Shown: positions 13,736-28,696, numbered from the stretch's first letter. The stretch is DNA of 64,000 nucleotides from Eledone cirrhosa (GCA_964016885.1 OZ024743.1:112220001-112284000); one strand, 5' to 3'. A program made the numbers and translations. Notes: a model not told the origin generated them from the letters alone.

Positions 13736-14150
13736 TTAAATTAGCCATGTCAGCTCATTTCTCTCAGCCCGGTTGTTAAGTGGGGGTCTGAGGTTCTTAA
13801 TAACAAGTGCTTCCTTTATCCTTAAGGATCCGATGCTGCGTTCAGTCGCTAGGACTGTGACCAAGGGTCTACCCTGTGGGTTTCCGCATTTGAGGATGTG
13901 TTTACGGAAGGAAGATGCGTTGGTGTTGATATGTTCCTTGATACGAACATGTAGGGGTCGGATGGTGCTACCTATGTAAAACTTGTTACATTTATCGCAT
14001 TGAATCTTATATACGACATAGGTGCGTAGGCAATCTGCCCCCCGTATCGGGCAGTTGCTGAGGGAACAAGTCCTATCTGCCTCGTAGGGTTTGTTGGAGA
14101 GGCATCTTCGCAGCGAAGGTCCTGTGTGGGCCAAATGTATGTCAAGACCC
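13736..14150 (-). CDS. GIY-YIG endonuclease domain of a Penelope-like element (5'-truncated ORF)
   Basis: C..C motifs followed by VVYKIQCDKCNKFYIGSTIRPLHVRIKEH and LRIKEALVIKNLRPPLNNR; frame open to the stop. Confidence 0.9.
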
Positions 14151-14951
14151 AAATGTATGTCAAGACCCAAATGTATGTCAAGACCTCAAATGCGGAAACC
14201 CACAGGGTAGACCCTTGGTCACAGTCCTAGCGACTGAACGCAGCATCGGATCCTTAAGGATAAAGGAAGCACTTGTTATTAAGAACCTCAGACCCCCACT
14301 TAACAACCGGGCTGAGAGAAATGAGCTGACATGGCTAATTTAACCATAATGACCATTCACAGCCTACGGCCTGTTATATTCACACACACGCACGTATATG
14401 CATACCCATACGCATGCACACACACTTCTATATTTTACACGCACACATGTTTTTACAACCTACCACCTTTCACACCCTTTGATTTCCAGCTTCTACAGCC
14501 CACTATCTTTCACACACAAACGCACTCACACATATACATACACAGTTACACACACACATGTATACCCATACGCTTACACACACACACTTCTATATTTATA
14601 CACGCACACATATTTTACAACCTACCACCTTTCACACCCTTTGATTTCCAACTTCTACAGCCCACTATCTTTCACACACACACACACTCACACACATACA
14701 CACTTACACCTATACACACACAGTCACACACACATATATATTTACATACACATATCTTAAGGCTTTCACACGCTAACGCACCCTCTTGATTTAACCCATT
14801 TGGTCAGTAGCTTTTGCCACAGCTTATCACGCGCACGCGCATTCTCTCCCTCGTTTAAATTTTAAATATTTTTCTCCCCATAACGGCATTCCTGTCTTAA
14901 CGACATCAACACTTTCTCCGCTTGGCCTGTTTTCCCCCCTTTTGGAACTTT

Positions 14952-14987
14952 TCCCCCGTTGATGGGCGTGAACCCGAAATATTGGGA
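14952..14987 (+). ncRNA. Hammerhead-like motif with variant core (mirror at 13092-13127, minus strand)
   Basis: tccc-CCGUUGA-U-ggg-cgtgaa-ccc-GAAA-UA-UU-ggga; topology fits but the core differs from CUGANGA in both arms. Confidence 0.5.
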
Positions 14988-15180
14988 TTAAAATCTCTAC
15001 TACGGTAACCCTTCTACCTTTGTTTTGTTTTCATCTTTGTCTCTCTCAACTTTCACTTTCACCTGTTTTTCCTATCTATATTTCACTTCCTACCTCGAGA
15101 TTTCCCTTTGCATTGTTGTGGCTTTCTTAAATACGTATTTTTACACATTTCACAATGCTTCAAGCAAACTTCAACACCCT

Positions 15181-15248
<68 letters not shown>

Positions 15249-15852
15249 TGTGTGTGTGTCTGTGTGTGTATGTGTATATATATATATATATATACACGCC
15301 TAGATATATACATATATATAGGCGTGTATCTTACTGTGTACGTAAGAATTCATGTTTATAGAGATATAGGTATGTAGGAATATGTTCCTGATTTAGTGTA
15401 TACAAGTGTGTAGGTACATTCCTATGTGTGTTTGCGGTGTACATGTGATCGTGCACATGTGTATATACGAGTATATATGCACAAGGGTGTGTCTTTGTAC
15501 GGGAGTATATTTCCTATATTAGTGCATGTGCGTACGTAGGTGCATACGCATGAATACATGTTTGTATGTGTATATGTACCTGTTTGTGTAGGAATGAACT
15601 TGTTCCGCAGTTAAATTACGTGAGTATGTAGGTGTACACATGCGTGCACTCATATTGTATTGGACGTATTACCTCCTGTCTTTGAAGAATAACACTTAGT
15701 AATTCGCTCTCCCCAAAACCCAACCTCGGGCCTTACGTGTCATGAATCATACACCAAAGACCAAGACAGACATTTTGTTGTTAAGGTGAACGAAAATTGA
15801 AGTCTGTTATGATTGTGAATCAGGATTCGTCATCGTTGCCTTGTGGCAAATT

Positions 15853-15929
15853 TCTTCTTCTTCTTCTTCTTCTTCTTCTTCTTCTTCTTCTTCTTCTTCT
15901 TCTTCTTCTTCTTCTTCTTCTTCTTCTTC
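15853..15929. repeat. (CTT)n microsatellite
   Basis: Read directly. Confidence 0.95.
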
Positions 15930-16496
15930 GTTTCATTATTATTATGGCCGTGGTGGTCGTGGTGGTGCCTTGGCGGAATCGTTTGAGCGTCTGATAAAAT
16001 GCGTAACCTTATTCATACCGGAGCCTCAAGATCAAATCTCGCTGTAATGCACTCTGCTTGTTACCCTTCAATAAGATATAGTACTTTCCAAGAACTGTTG
16101 TCAATATAATCAACTTACCTCTCCCTCAAATTACTGGGCTTCCGCCTATATTTCTAAGAATTAACTCTAAGATGGTGTTGGCAGTCGTTAGAGCGTCGGA
16201 CAAATGTGCAGCAGATTTTGTTCCGGTCCACGTTATTTTATGGGTATATTAGAAATCATTATCATCATCCACACATTTTACCCATCAAGATGGGACTGGC
16301 CCCTCGCAATTCCCCCCAAATCCCTACTACTTACATGCGCCGTGTGCAAACACATTTAGCTGCATCTTGGCATTATTACATATCTTCTTTGCTATAAATC
16401 ATTTGTCATAATAGTTACGTCGTAGCCACTAATACAAACTGTCTTGAAACACTCCGCAAAATGTCTTGTCAAATCATTCCCAGCCTATATCATTGC

Positions 16497-16678
<182 letters not shown>

Positions 16679-16816
16679 ATATGTTTTCCTTTCTACCGTC
16701 TAATAAAGTATGTAGGCAGAAACGTTATGGACTGATTTTATCTTATGTGTCTTTAACTATTATCCTCTAAGTTTGCCGAATTCTATCCTGGTTTTATTAT
16801 TTTTCGTTTTACAAAG

Positions 16817-16983
16817 GGCGGTGGATTGACAGTATTGGTAGACCGTCAGACACCCTGCTTCGCGACAGAGAGTTACGCTCCTTTACGTTCTGAGTTCAAA
16901 TCCCGCCGAGGTTAACTTTGCCTTTCATCCTTACGGATCGATAAAATAAAGCACCAATAATTACTGGCGTCGATTTAATCGAA
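16817..16983 (+). mobile_element. SINE family A
   Basis: Full head ggcggtggattgacagtattggtag, B-box and body; runs directly into the minisatellite. Confidence 0.85.
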
Positions 16984-18082
16984 TATGTGACGAGTGTGAC
17001 AGAATATGTGACGAACGTGACAGAATATGTGACGAGCGTGACAGAGTATGTGAAAAGTGTAACAGAATATGTGACGAGTGTGACAGAATATGTGACGAGT
17101 GTGACAGAATATGCGACGAGTGTGACAGAATATGTGACGAACGTGACAGAATATGTGACGAGCGTGACAGAGTATGTGAAAAGTATGACAGAATATGTGA
17201 CGAGCGTGACAGAATATGTGACGAGCGTGACAGAATATGTGACGAGCGTGACAGAGTATGTGAAAAGTGTGACAGAATATGTGACGAGCGTGACAGAATA
17301 TGTGACGAGCGTGACAGAATATGTGACGAGCGTGACAGAATATGTGACGAGCGTGACAGAATATGTGACGAGCGTGACAGAATTTGTGATGAGCGTAACA
17401 GAATATGTGACGAGCGTAACAGAATGTGACGAGTGTGAGAGAATATGTGACGAGCGTGACAGAATAAGTGACGAGCGTGACAGAGTATGTGACGAGCGTG
17501 ACAGAATATATGACGAGCGTGACACAGTATGTGAAAAGTGTGACAGAATATGTGACGAGCGTGACAGAATATGTGACGAGCGTGACAGAGTATGTGACGA
17601 GCGTGACAGAATATGTGACGAGCGTGACAGAGTATGTGACGAGCGTGACAGAGTATGTGAAAAGTGCTGACAGAATATGTGACGAGCGTGACAGAGTATG
17701 TGACGAGCGTGACAGAATGTGTGACGAGTTGTGACGAGTGTGAGAGAGTTTGTGACGAGCGTGACAGAATATGTGACGAGTTGTGACGAACGTGACAGAA
17801 TATGTGAAGAGTGCGACAGAGTATGTAACGAGCGTGACAGAGTATGTGACGAGAATGACAGAATATGTGACGTGCGTAACAGAATATGTTACGAGCGTGA
17901 GGGAGTATGTGACGAAAGTGACCATATATGTGAAGAGTGTGACAGAATATGTGACGAGCGTAACAGAATATGTGACGAGCGTGAGAGAGTATGTGACGAG
18001 CGTGACAAAATATGTGAAGAGTGTGACAGAATATGTGACGAGCGTGACAGAATATATGACGAGCGTGAGAGAATATGTGACA
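16981..18082. repeat. 21-bp minisatellite (agaatatgtgacgagcgtgac), about 50 units
   Basis: Direct tandem array with recurring variant units such as gagtatgtgaaaagtgtgac. Confidence 0.95.
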
Positions 18083-18511
18083 AGATCCACCATCTGAATT
18101 TCAAGTACAGGCTATTGAAGGACTTCTAAATAGTTCCCATATATCCATTTTCACTCACGGAACACGGGATGATCTAATTACAGATGCCCATGATTCCAGG
18201 CAGTGGAAATGAACCCGGAACTATTTTTTACGAAGCGAACTTCTTCTTAAGTATTCAGCAATAAGGCGTTCGCAAGGAAAGCAAAACATGCTGATATATA
18301 TTATGCTTTCCTTTATTCAAGAACTGATAGAATGCGTACCATTAATATTCTCGGATAGATTTAATTAGCATACTTCCCGCTCATGTAAATTTTCAGTCCC
18401 ATGCGTTTGCCCATGTAAAGAATCAATTTAATTTAGCTCACCACATCCATCACCTTCCCCTCCCCTCTCTCTCACTCATACTCTCTCTCTCTCTTTCTCT
18501 CTCTCTCTCGC

Positions 18512-18551
<40 letters not shown>

Positions 18552-18582
18552 TGTATGCATGTATATCTATATGTATATATAC

Positions 18583-18615
<33 letters not shown>

Positions 18616-18640
18616 CATATATACGTATGTATGTATGTGT

Positions 18641-19277
<637 letters not shown>

Positions 19278-19283
19278 CATACA

Positions 19284-19316
<33 letters not shown>

Positions 19317-19351
19317 TGATACATACATACGTACATACATACATACATACA

Positions 19352-19382
<31 letters not shown>

Positions 19383-19599
19383 GTGTGTACATGTATGCAC
19401 GTCTGATTTTGTGAATTAGTGCGGCTTCTTCATAACATGTCGGTGTCCTCTTCGTTGAATTTGATACATTGAACCCTTCACAGTTGAAAGTGTTCCTTGA
19501 GGGAGTCAACCCAAATCCTTATTATTACATTGGGGAATCAATAAAACTTTCGAAACAAAACTTAACAAAACCAGTACCGACATTCTCTCTCTTCCTGTT

Positions 19600-20602
19600 T
19601 CGCAGTTACTTCATCTTCTTTGTCATTCGTCTACTTCCTCTTCTTTTCATCCTTTTCTTCCTCTCCTTTCTTTCTTTTTCATCCTCTTCATTTTCTTCTT
19701 TTTCTTCATGTTCTTTTTTTTCTTTTTCTTCATCTTTTTCTTCTTTTCTTCATCTTCTTTTTCTTCATTTCTTCGTCTTCTTTCTTCCTTTTTCTTCGTC
19801 TTCTTTCTTTATTTTTCTTCGTCTTCTTTCTTTCTTTCTTTCTTTCTTTTTCTTCGTCTTCTTTCTCTCTTTTTCTTCGTCTTCTTTCTTTTTTCTTCGT
19901 GTTCTTTCTTTCTTTTTCTTCGTGTTCTTCTTTTCTTCGTCTTCTTTCTTTTTCTTCTTTTTTTTCTTTTTCTGTCTCTTCTTTCTTTTTTTTTCTTCGA
20001 CTTCTTTCTTTCTTTTATTCCTCTTCTTTCTTTTCCTTCCTCTTCTTTCCCTTTCTTCGTCGTCTTTCTTCTCTTTTTCTTCGTCTGCTTTCTTCTCTTT
20101 TTCTTCATCTTCTTTCTTTCTTTTTCTTCGTCTTCTTTCTTTTTCTTCGTCTTCTTTCTTCCTTTTTCATCCTCTTCTTTCTTTCGTTTTCTTCATCTTA
20201 TTGTCCTCGTTCTACCTTTTTTGTTATTTTTATTCATATTTTCTCTTTCTTCTTACCTATTTATTCTTTTTTCTATTAATATTTTTAATATTAATCATTC
20301 TTCAAACTTCTTCTTCGTCTACTGATGCTACTGCTGCTGCTGATGATGATGCTACTACTCCTACTACTACTACTACTACCACTACCACTACTACTTCTTC
20401 TACTACTAATATTCCTCATACTACTACTACTATTACTACTACTGCTACTACTGCTACTACCACTACTACTACTGCTACTACTACTACTACTATTACTACT
20501 ACTACCACCATCACCACTACTACTACCACCACCACTACTACTACCACCACCACCACCACCACCACCACCATTACTACTACTATTACTACTATTACTACTA
20601 CC
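19600..20602. repeat. Pyrimidine-rich (ttttcttcgtcttct-like) tract, then (ACT/ACC)n
   Basis: Read directly; explains the 384-aa low-complexity ORF. Confidence 0.9.
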
Positions 20603-20833
20603 TCAATTTACGTTGTAAAGTGAAAGCAGGTGAAGTATAAAATTGTACCGTTTTATTAGCCTCACTTTGACGCAGCTATTCACAGCCGGACACCTCATAG
20701 ATTCTAAAAAAATAAGAACAACAAATATACACTTCACAAATACTTCAGCAGCAGCAATAAAACTAGTAACAACAACAACAACTACTACAACTATACACTT
20801 TGCAAAAGCAACTGCAATAACTGTTACAACAAC

Positions 20834-20915
<82 letters not shown>

Positions 20916-21039
20916 CAGAGAGAGCTATTTTAAGTCGTCCAGTATGAAATTTGTAGAAATTTGTAGAAAAACAGGAATTTCTACAAATTTCATGCCTTAT
21001 ATATGTATAGATAGACACCTTATATATATGTAGATAGAT

Positions 21040-21482
21040 ATGTTTCTTTATTAGCCACAAGGGCACAAAAGATGGGGACAAATACAAATGGGGAGTTTAC
21101 ATACAGGTATATGAAAATAAAACTATTAATAAAATAACAAATAACAATTGATATCCCCAATAGTGGGGGAGGCGTTCCACAGGGGTTGTACACACCCCCC
21201 AAAAATGTACAACCCTCATCTCCAGGAGCACCAAGAGTGAGTACTCCCTTCCTCTCTTCCTCTTTTTCTTCAACCTACAGGCTTATATAGAGAGAAGGCC
21301 CAACCACTCGGGCCATCTTTGCCACATTCACCCACCATTTATAAAATTTGCTGGGGTACAGCACTTCTCTCTCCATCATGATTCTTCTTCCAAAATGATA
21401 GATAGATAGATAGATAGATAAGTTTCTATTTATTTGCCACGAGGGCACAAAAGAAGGGACCAAATACAAGGGGGGGGGGGGG
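21040..21482 (-). mobile_element. Two tandem 3' fragments of the Tx1-like LINE (21040-21396, 21424-21482)
   Basis: High similarity to 50096-50455; each is bounded by (GATA)n. Confidence 0.85.
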
Positions 21483-21695
21483 TAGATAGATAAATAGATA
21501 GATAGATACTTCAGAAATGCTACAGCAGCAGCAACAATAACAACATCTATAAAAGCAGCAGGGGTATTAGTTTGTTGCTATTATTGTTGTTGTTGTTGTT
21601 GTTGTTGTTGAAGTTGTTGTAGCAAACAACGAGAAGCAGTACAACAGATGTAGCCATAAATTTGTGGTTAATAGTTGTGTTCATTTGTGTACGTC

Positions 21696-21975
<280 letters not shown>

Positions 21976-22519
21976 GAGTGTATGTAATTAGGTCTGCAAA
22001 AGTAGAATATCCTTAAGAATACCCTAGCAAGTATAACAAATAAAAAAAGAACAACTTCAACAACAATAGCAACGACAACAACAACAACATCACCAACAAA
22101 AACAACAATAGCAGCAGCAACAACATCAACAATAATGAAGGTGGCATAAATCCAGCTAGCAATCAAGACAACAATGGCATCAACTCTGCAACCAATGATT
22201 TTATCAGCATAAATCCAACATCACGGACATCTTTAACAACACTAGCAGGAAGAATCTTGGTAAAAGACTAATTGAAAAAAAGAACTAATAAATCTAATAA
22301 CAATAGTAATAATTTTTAACTTAGTCCATAGCTGCTTTATATTTGTGAACTGGTGCTGAATTGGCAGAGACGTTAGATCGTCAGATAGAATGTTTGCAGG
22401 ATTCATTTCGCCTGTCTGCACTCTTATGGTTTCAAATCACGCCGAGGTAAATTTTGCCTTCTCACTACCCCCGCCCCCCTCTCTCTCTCTCTCTCTCTCT
22501 CTATTTATATATATATATA

Positions 22520-22756
22520 TTAAAAAGTGAGGTTTCTTTACAAAATGTAAAATAACAGAGGTGTCCTCCACGAGTGAAAGTATAAGGAAAAAAGTTGAAA
22601 TCGAAAATGCAACTGGAGTCTTATTTTTTAAAATATATACTCAGTTCTTCTACTTTTGAAAAGCAGAAGAACTGCGAAACAGGTAAAGGAACCAATTAAA
22701 TATATAGATATATTTTTAAATAAGACTCCAGTTGCATTTTCGATTTCATCTTTCTT

Positions 22757-22763
<7 letters not shown>
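22520..22763. mobile_element. Short tail-out inverted pLTR with a half hammerhead in the spacer
   Basis: 22581-22638 pairs with 22708-22763; spacer has hairpin cagttcttct...agaagaactg followed by c-GAAA-cagg-ta; about 60-nt extra tail on the left; (TA)n flanks. Confidence 0.6.
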
Positions 22764-22794
<31 letters not shown>

Positions 22795-22796
<2 letters not shown>

Positions 22797-23838
22797 AAGG
22801 CGGGTAAAATTCCCGAGATCCATGGACGAGCTCTCTCCAGCGGTCTCTGTTCCTCATTATCGTGGCCATATCCTGCATCTCCAACAGACCAGTATCTGTC
22901 CTTAGGGCATCAACATATGTTAACCTTGGTCTTCCTCTTCTAGTGTGTCCATGTAGGGGCTCCCAAAGGAGCACTGAGTGCAATGTCTACTCTGGATGTC
23001 GGTGAGCATGTCCAGCCAACCTCAGTCTCCTCTGTGTCACTTTTGAGCTGACTTTTGGGATGCTCCCATACAGCTCTGAGTTCTTCATCCTCAGTGCATA
23101 CTGATTAATGTTCAGAGCCATCCTCAGCATTCTCGTGTAGCACCCATCCACCATCTGAGTGAGTTTCTTGGTCAGTGTCCAAGTCTCAGACCCATACAGC
23201 AGCACAGACTCCACTACAGCAATGAAGAGGCGGATTTTCAGGTCTCTACGAAGGTCCGACTTCCACACCGATCTCAAGCTGTGGCACGCCGCCCAGGCCT
23301 TGCTCTTCCTCTCAACCACATCATCCTCCGTATTCCCAATCTTTGCTCCCAAATACAGGAAGTCCTCAACCAATTCCAGCGGCTTCCTGCTTACATTAGT
23401 GATCCCCTCTGGCTTCTCAACATTCTCTACCAGATATTTTGTTTTAGTCTCATTCATTCTCAGCCCCACACTCATCGACACAGTCTCAACCTCCCGCATC
23501 AAATCCTCTGCCTCCTTCACTGTATTTGTCACCAAAACTATGTCGTCGGCAAATTCAGCATCCGATACCTTTTTCGCCCTAACTCTCCTGCTCTGAGCCG
23601 GCGCTACAGTAAAGCCAGAGTCCTGGTGTTTCTCCAGTGCAAGGCGCATACAATAGTCCACTACGATAATAAAAATGTAGGGAGCCAATGTATCTCCCTG
23701 GAGCACTCCAGCCAGTATCTCAAAGAACTCTGTCATCCCATCAGGTGTAATGACTTGAGCTTTGGTGTTGGTGTAGAGCAGTGATATCAGGTCCACTATC
23801 CTCTTGGGGATTCCATAAGCCTGTAAGATCTTCATCAG
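22795..23838 (-). mobile_element. RTE-type LINE, 3' 1 kb (RT C-terminal half)
   Basis: GVLQGDTLAPYIF, FADDIVL, FLYLG, LLYGSETW, RRLRLAGH, RRGRP; stop is followed by (AT)n. Confidence 0.92.
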
Positions 23839-25623
23839 GCAGTAACGGTCGCATTTGTTGGTATAACCCACCATATAACATGGAGGTGGCCACACCATTA
23901 GCTAAGATCTTTCTTTCCCTTATTACGAAGCATTTTCCCCCTACACATAAATATAGTAAACTTTTTAATAGAAATACTATTACAATGTCTTACTCTACGA
24001 CTCCTAACCTTGCATATAACATCACAGCTTCAAATTTAGCTAGCCGTAGGAACACGTGCAACCCTGTAGTTAGTACTAACTGTAATTGTAGGAATCGGGT
24101 TGATTGCTCCCTATCCGGGAAATGCCTCTCTAGTAACATTGTCTACTAATGTAAGGTTGTAACACCCACGTCCCGTAGGGCCTACATAGGGTTAAATGCC
24201 AATAGATTCAAGCAGCGTCTTTACATGCATACCCATTCTTTTCGTTACCCTCTAAGAAGGAATATGACGTCAGTTTCAGCTTATATCTGGAGACAACCAC
24301 ACCCAATATAAGTTACACTGGGAGATCCTAGCTAGGGCTAGATCGTATAACGGAAATAAAAGACCATGTGACCTCTGCGCCGCTGAGGCCCTGGAAATAC
24401 TCTACGTCACAGACCACATCTTAAACAAAAAATCTGAGGCAATTTCGGCTTGTAAACATAAATTGCACAAAACTTTCCTGTATTACAGCCCCACGTTATA
24501 CCCTAACGGATAGTACGATCTATACGTGGATATTTTACGTCTCGATGTGGGAGCTAAGTATATGTTTTGTTTATACCTTTACTTATTTGCATAGGTAAGT
24601 ATATACTATCCGTATGTTTTGTGAAGGTACGTATACCTTCTCGTACGTATATCTGATTGTTATGGCGTATAATTTTTTTTTTTTCATATATATTCTGGTA
24701 CATATGGTTCGGCTAGGTGTATACGGGAGTTTTGCGTCTGTGTGAGTATGCAGGTTCGTACGTATGTAGGGCGTGTGTATATGTGTACTTCATGTTTTGG
24801 TTGACTTACGTCTCCGAACATTCGTGTATTTACATGTGGGTATGTGTGCGCGCTTGTTATATACGTATCTATTTATTTATATACGTTTATATAATGATTT
24901 ATTTATTGGTATACACGCTTATACACACACATATATTTACATGTGCGTGGTTTTGTTTAACTATGGTAAATGTTTGCGTATGCTTGTGTATGTACGTATT
25001 TGTTTGCGTGTATGTATTTATTTATTTCCGTTACTTCTGTATTTTATTTATTCACTTTGTTCTTAACTCTGTAGCGGAGATTCATTCGGTCTCCTAGTTA
25101 GAATTTAGTCTACGACTTCTGCTATACCATATACGTGGTTTTGTCTTTGCTTGCTATTGTTCTCCACGGTCCACATATGACGTATTATCTTCGTTTTCTT
25201 CGTTCATTGCCAGAGAACGTCTCTATGCACCACCTAAGAGAACATTAGTCTACGCCCTCTTTTATATCATAAACGTGGTTCTGTCTTTGCGCCTAATTGT
25301 TTTTCACCGCTCCTATTAATGACGTATCTTATTCATTTTTTCCCCGTTCTTTGCCAGCGAACGTTCCACGAAGCAAAGTATCGTCTTCCTGTCTTCCTCC
25401 GGTTGCAACGTTTTTTTAAAATATCCAGTTCTGCGTTTACAGATTGACTTTGTTATTTTCAGAAGATCCCGTCAAGGGTGAAAGCAACGATTCTTTGCTT
25501 AAACTTTAATCTGTTATTTTAATAAATATTTGCTCTACGGTTCTTATATATTTGATATATATTTATCCTTATCGAGCCCTCTTTGGATTTTAGTCTTCAA
25601 ATTTATTATTATTCTAAACTACG

Positions 25624-25630
<7 letters not shown>
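23839..25630 (+). mobile_element. Penelope-like element: linker, GIY-YIG pseudogene and 3' UTR
   Basis: WYNPPY...LAKIFLSLITKHFP...KLFNRNTITMSYS, CNC...C...CLSSNIVY, AYIG; stops present; about 140-bp direct repeat at 25104-25366; ends in (TA)n. Confidence 0.88.
25456..25504 (+). ncRNA. Hammerhead-like motif, core substitution
   Basis: CAGAAGA-U-ccc-gtcaa-ggg-U-GAAA-gcaa-cgattct-ttgc-UU-aaac; stem I is weak. Confidence 0.5.
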
Positions 25631-25708
<78 letters not shown>

Positions 25709-26559
25709 ATTAGAATTGGCGCTCTGAAATAGCGATCTATATATGAATGTATATATAGTGTATTTTGCAATACACTGTATGCTTAATTAAAAGCATTTCG
25801 AAGACCTTATGCGTTTGTTTGAGAGTAGTGACAGTCTCACTTACTTTAAATTTTCAGCAAACAGGGGAGGTAAAGCTGACAGAGCTATGTTTCGTACTGA
25901 TTGGTACTTATCAAAGCCAAGTACTCCACCTGTTTGCTGAAAATCATGAATGTTTGAGTAAATTAAAACATTCTACCTAGCTAATTTACCTCTTGAGTAT
26001 CTTTAGTGGGGCCTGTTATGTTAAAAATACATGGATCATGTCTACATTTTGAGGCCACTTTCAGCAGTTTCTAGAGAAAGCTATTCTGTTAGAGAACTCT
26101 TTCCAGGTAGCCGATAGCTATACGACTTCGTAAAAAGAATTCCACTGCCACGCATGATATCAAGAAATCGACTCTCTGAAGAAAGGTATATCCCCGTGAG
26201 ACGGAAATAATACATTGCTAATATCCTAAATCCGGTCACAACAATTGGAAACAGTATTTACAGTTGTATGGAAGTGAATCGACTGAAACTAGAGTATTTT
26301 TATATCGTCTCAAATGTCTTCAGTTCAAAATAATCGTACATTGATCGTTGTTATTAATATTTCAGCCCTCCCCACTCCGGGTTTAGAGAAAGTCAGAATG
26401 GTTACTAGATCAACTGGGAATATTATGCGATAGAATAGATTCTCTATCTAATTAAAGAATGTGATATCTAACGTTGAACAGCAGGGAAACAGCCGCTAAA
26501 TACTTGCCTATACGGGTAGGATCTAAGCTTTAGACATATTTATATCCCTAAGTATATCG

Positions 26560-27830
26560 TCAATATACGAGAAATGAAATGGTAATGCCAGCAACAATGA
26601 ACATCACAGAATACTGTAATAGTTAACTGCATGAATAAAGCCGTCAATTGTGACAGCAATAGGAAATGCAATGAGAGAAATAATGAATATCTCAATAGAA
26701 CTGTGGTGTGTGTAAGCTTTGACATTAAAACTAGCAACAAAAGATTTATACTATCAGGGTTGACATTGTGTTACAGAACAACACAAACAACAATGACATT
26801 AACAGCATCAACAGGCAAAGGTGGTTCAGCAAGGAAGAGGAGAAAAAGGGGGAATCTGCTAGTCATCCGATTTATAAATTGCGGTTTCAACCGGAAGCTA
26901 AATTGAAAAATTATGAGGTACAAAAATAGAAAACTAGTCACAAATTTCCGCAAACACAACCCCCAAAACGTATATAGATAAATATATGCTTACTCATGAC
27001 ACAAGGAGTAGAAGATCTGATATAAACAGAAACCTATACAACAATAAGTAGAACAAGAACATTATAGGAAATAAGTTTTAAAAAGCTGCTTCGTTCGCTA
27101 AGGGAATATGAAAAATGTTTCACTATATAGAAAATAAATATGAAATCAATTACCCTGAAACAAAACGAGTCTAGATGGGAAAGACGGCTGTAAAGTATGA
27201 GAAATAAAAGTTAATTAAAAATATACTGAAGAAAAACTGGTGAGAAAACAACTCCATGGCCAATATTCACAAACTTTGACGAAAAGATTAAACCAGAGAG
27301 AAAGCAAACAGTGGTTCAAAATCTATGGACTACTAACATAAAGTGAAGGCTTGGCTTTACTTTCATAAGTCCGTTAACTAGACACAAACAACTACAAAAA
27401 ATAGTATAAAGTAGATTCTAACACCAAACGGTTTACCACAACACCTCTGGTTTTTCGAATATATATGTATACAGAATCAGATTGACACTTGTGTATACAG
27501 AGAAATGTGCCATCGCATTGGCGGGGACCACAGAAGTTCTGAGTGATATAAGTATGTATCACGCATGATACGACAACTTTCTAGCTATATTAATCTGGAA
27601 CCAGCGAATCTAAACAGAAAACTATCCAGATATATCCATCAGCGACTAGAATGTGCAAGCTCATAATTGTTGTGAATCCTTTCGAAAAAACCAGGAGTAG
27701 TAAAACTGTCAAAATATAGGAATCGTGAAATCACAATAAACCGAATTTGAAGCATTAATATAAAACCACTGTCAGTAATGATTGGAGCACTAAGCATGAT
27801 AAAAAAAAGTACTACATAAAAAATACACAG
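26560..27830 (+). mobile_element. Highly decayed R4/Dong-like non-LTR element with restriction-like endonuclease
   Basis: Broken frames give LHGQY (about 27252), NYPDISISD, KLSKYRNREI and VMIGALSMIKK. Confidence 0.55.
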
Positions 27831-28655
27831 AGCACACGGTGACAGGCAACGTTACATACAGGTTGCGACTGGGTAAGGGAGGTTCTTGGCTCCCGATTAA
27901 AAAGTAGAACATTATATTGACTTGATATATGAAATTCTCAAGTGGTGGAAAAAATAAATTGACATGGTCCTCATCATGCCAATTGTCGTCAGAATCTATG
28001 ACAAATAATATGAATGTATAGCTTGCAAAGCAAGACCCTAATCTGGTGTAAAAAAAAGATGCTTAATTGGATAAGCAAGAGGTATACACGAAGTCCTTGA
28101 CACAGAATCAGGAGAGTTATGAACAGTGTGGAAAGAACTTAATAGAAGAAAGAACAAGAATAATTCTTGCCCTAGATTACAGGTCGTGGACAGACAGTGA
28201 ACGCTCTTATACCACCTGCTACACCAGTACTATATAACTCCAATAATAATAATAATAATTGCAACAGCCGATCTAAAGGCAATAACTATAACAACCGCAA
28301 CAACAATAGCAGCAACAATTAAAACAACAATGTTTAGAAAAATAAAAAATAAACAGGAAATTGTCACACATGCGTAAACAAATACAACAAAACACAAGGG
28401 CATATGTGTACATATATAACTTTGTGTGTGTGTGCGTGTGTGTGTGTGTATGCGTGTGTGTATGTGTGTGTGTGTGCGTGTGTGCGTGTGCGTGTGTGTG
28501 TGTGTGTGTACATGTATTTATAAAAAATAAAAATAAAGAAGAGAATATCGTCAATAGGGTGGGAGAATAATGTAGACAAAGGAGAAAATACTACCACGTA
28601 TTCTACTACTACTACTACAACCACCACTACTACTACTAACAATAATAATAATAAC

Positions 28656-28696
<41 letters not shown>

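Larger units (their letters stand above)
12936..15182. mobile_element. Young Penelope-like element with 960-bp inverted arms
   Basis: 12936-13895 pairs with 14184-15143 almost perfectly; spacer holds the rest of the GIY-YIG domain; about 40-nt tail on the right; (TA)n on both sides. Confidence 0.92.

Noticed and set aside
13290-14789. Identical 152-aa and 120-aa ORFs on both strands
   Set aside because: CA-rich PLE 3' UTR duplicated by the inverted repeat.
16896-18129. Repeat ORFs (VTSVTEY, CDERDRI) or a CRISPR-like array
   Set aside because: Contiguous 21-bp units with no unique spacers; open in several frames on both strands, with frameshifts inside the array.
19469-20623. 384-aa F/S/T-rich ORF resembling a membrane or mucin protein
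   Set aside because: Made entirely of simple repeats.
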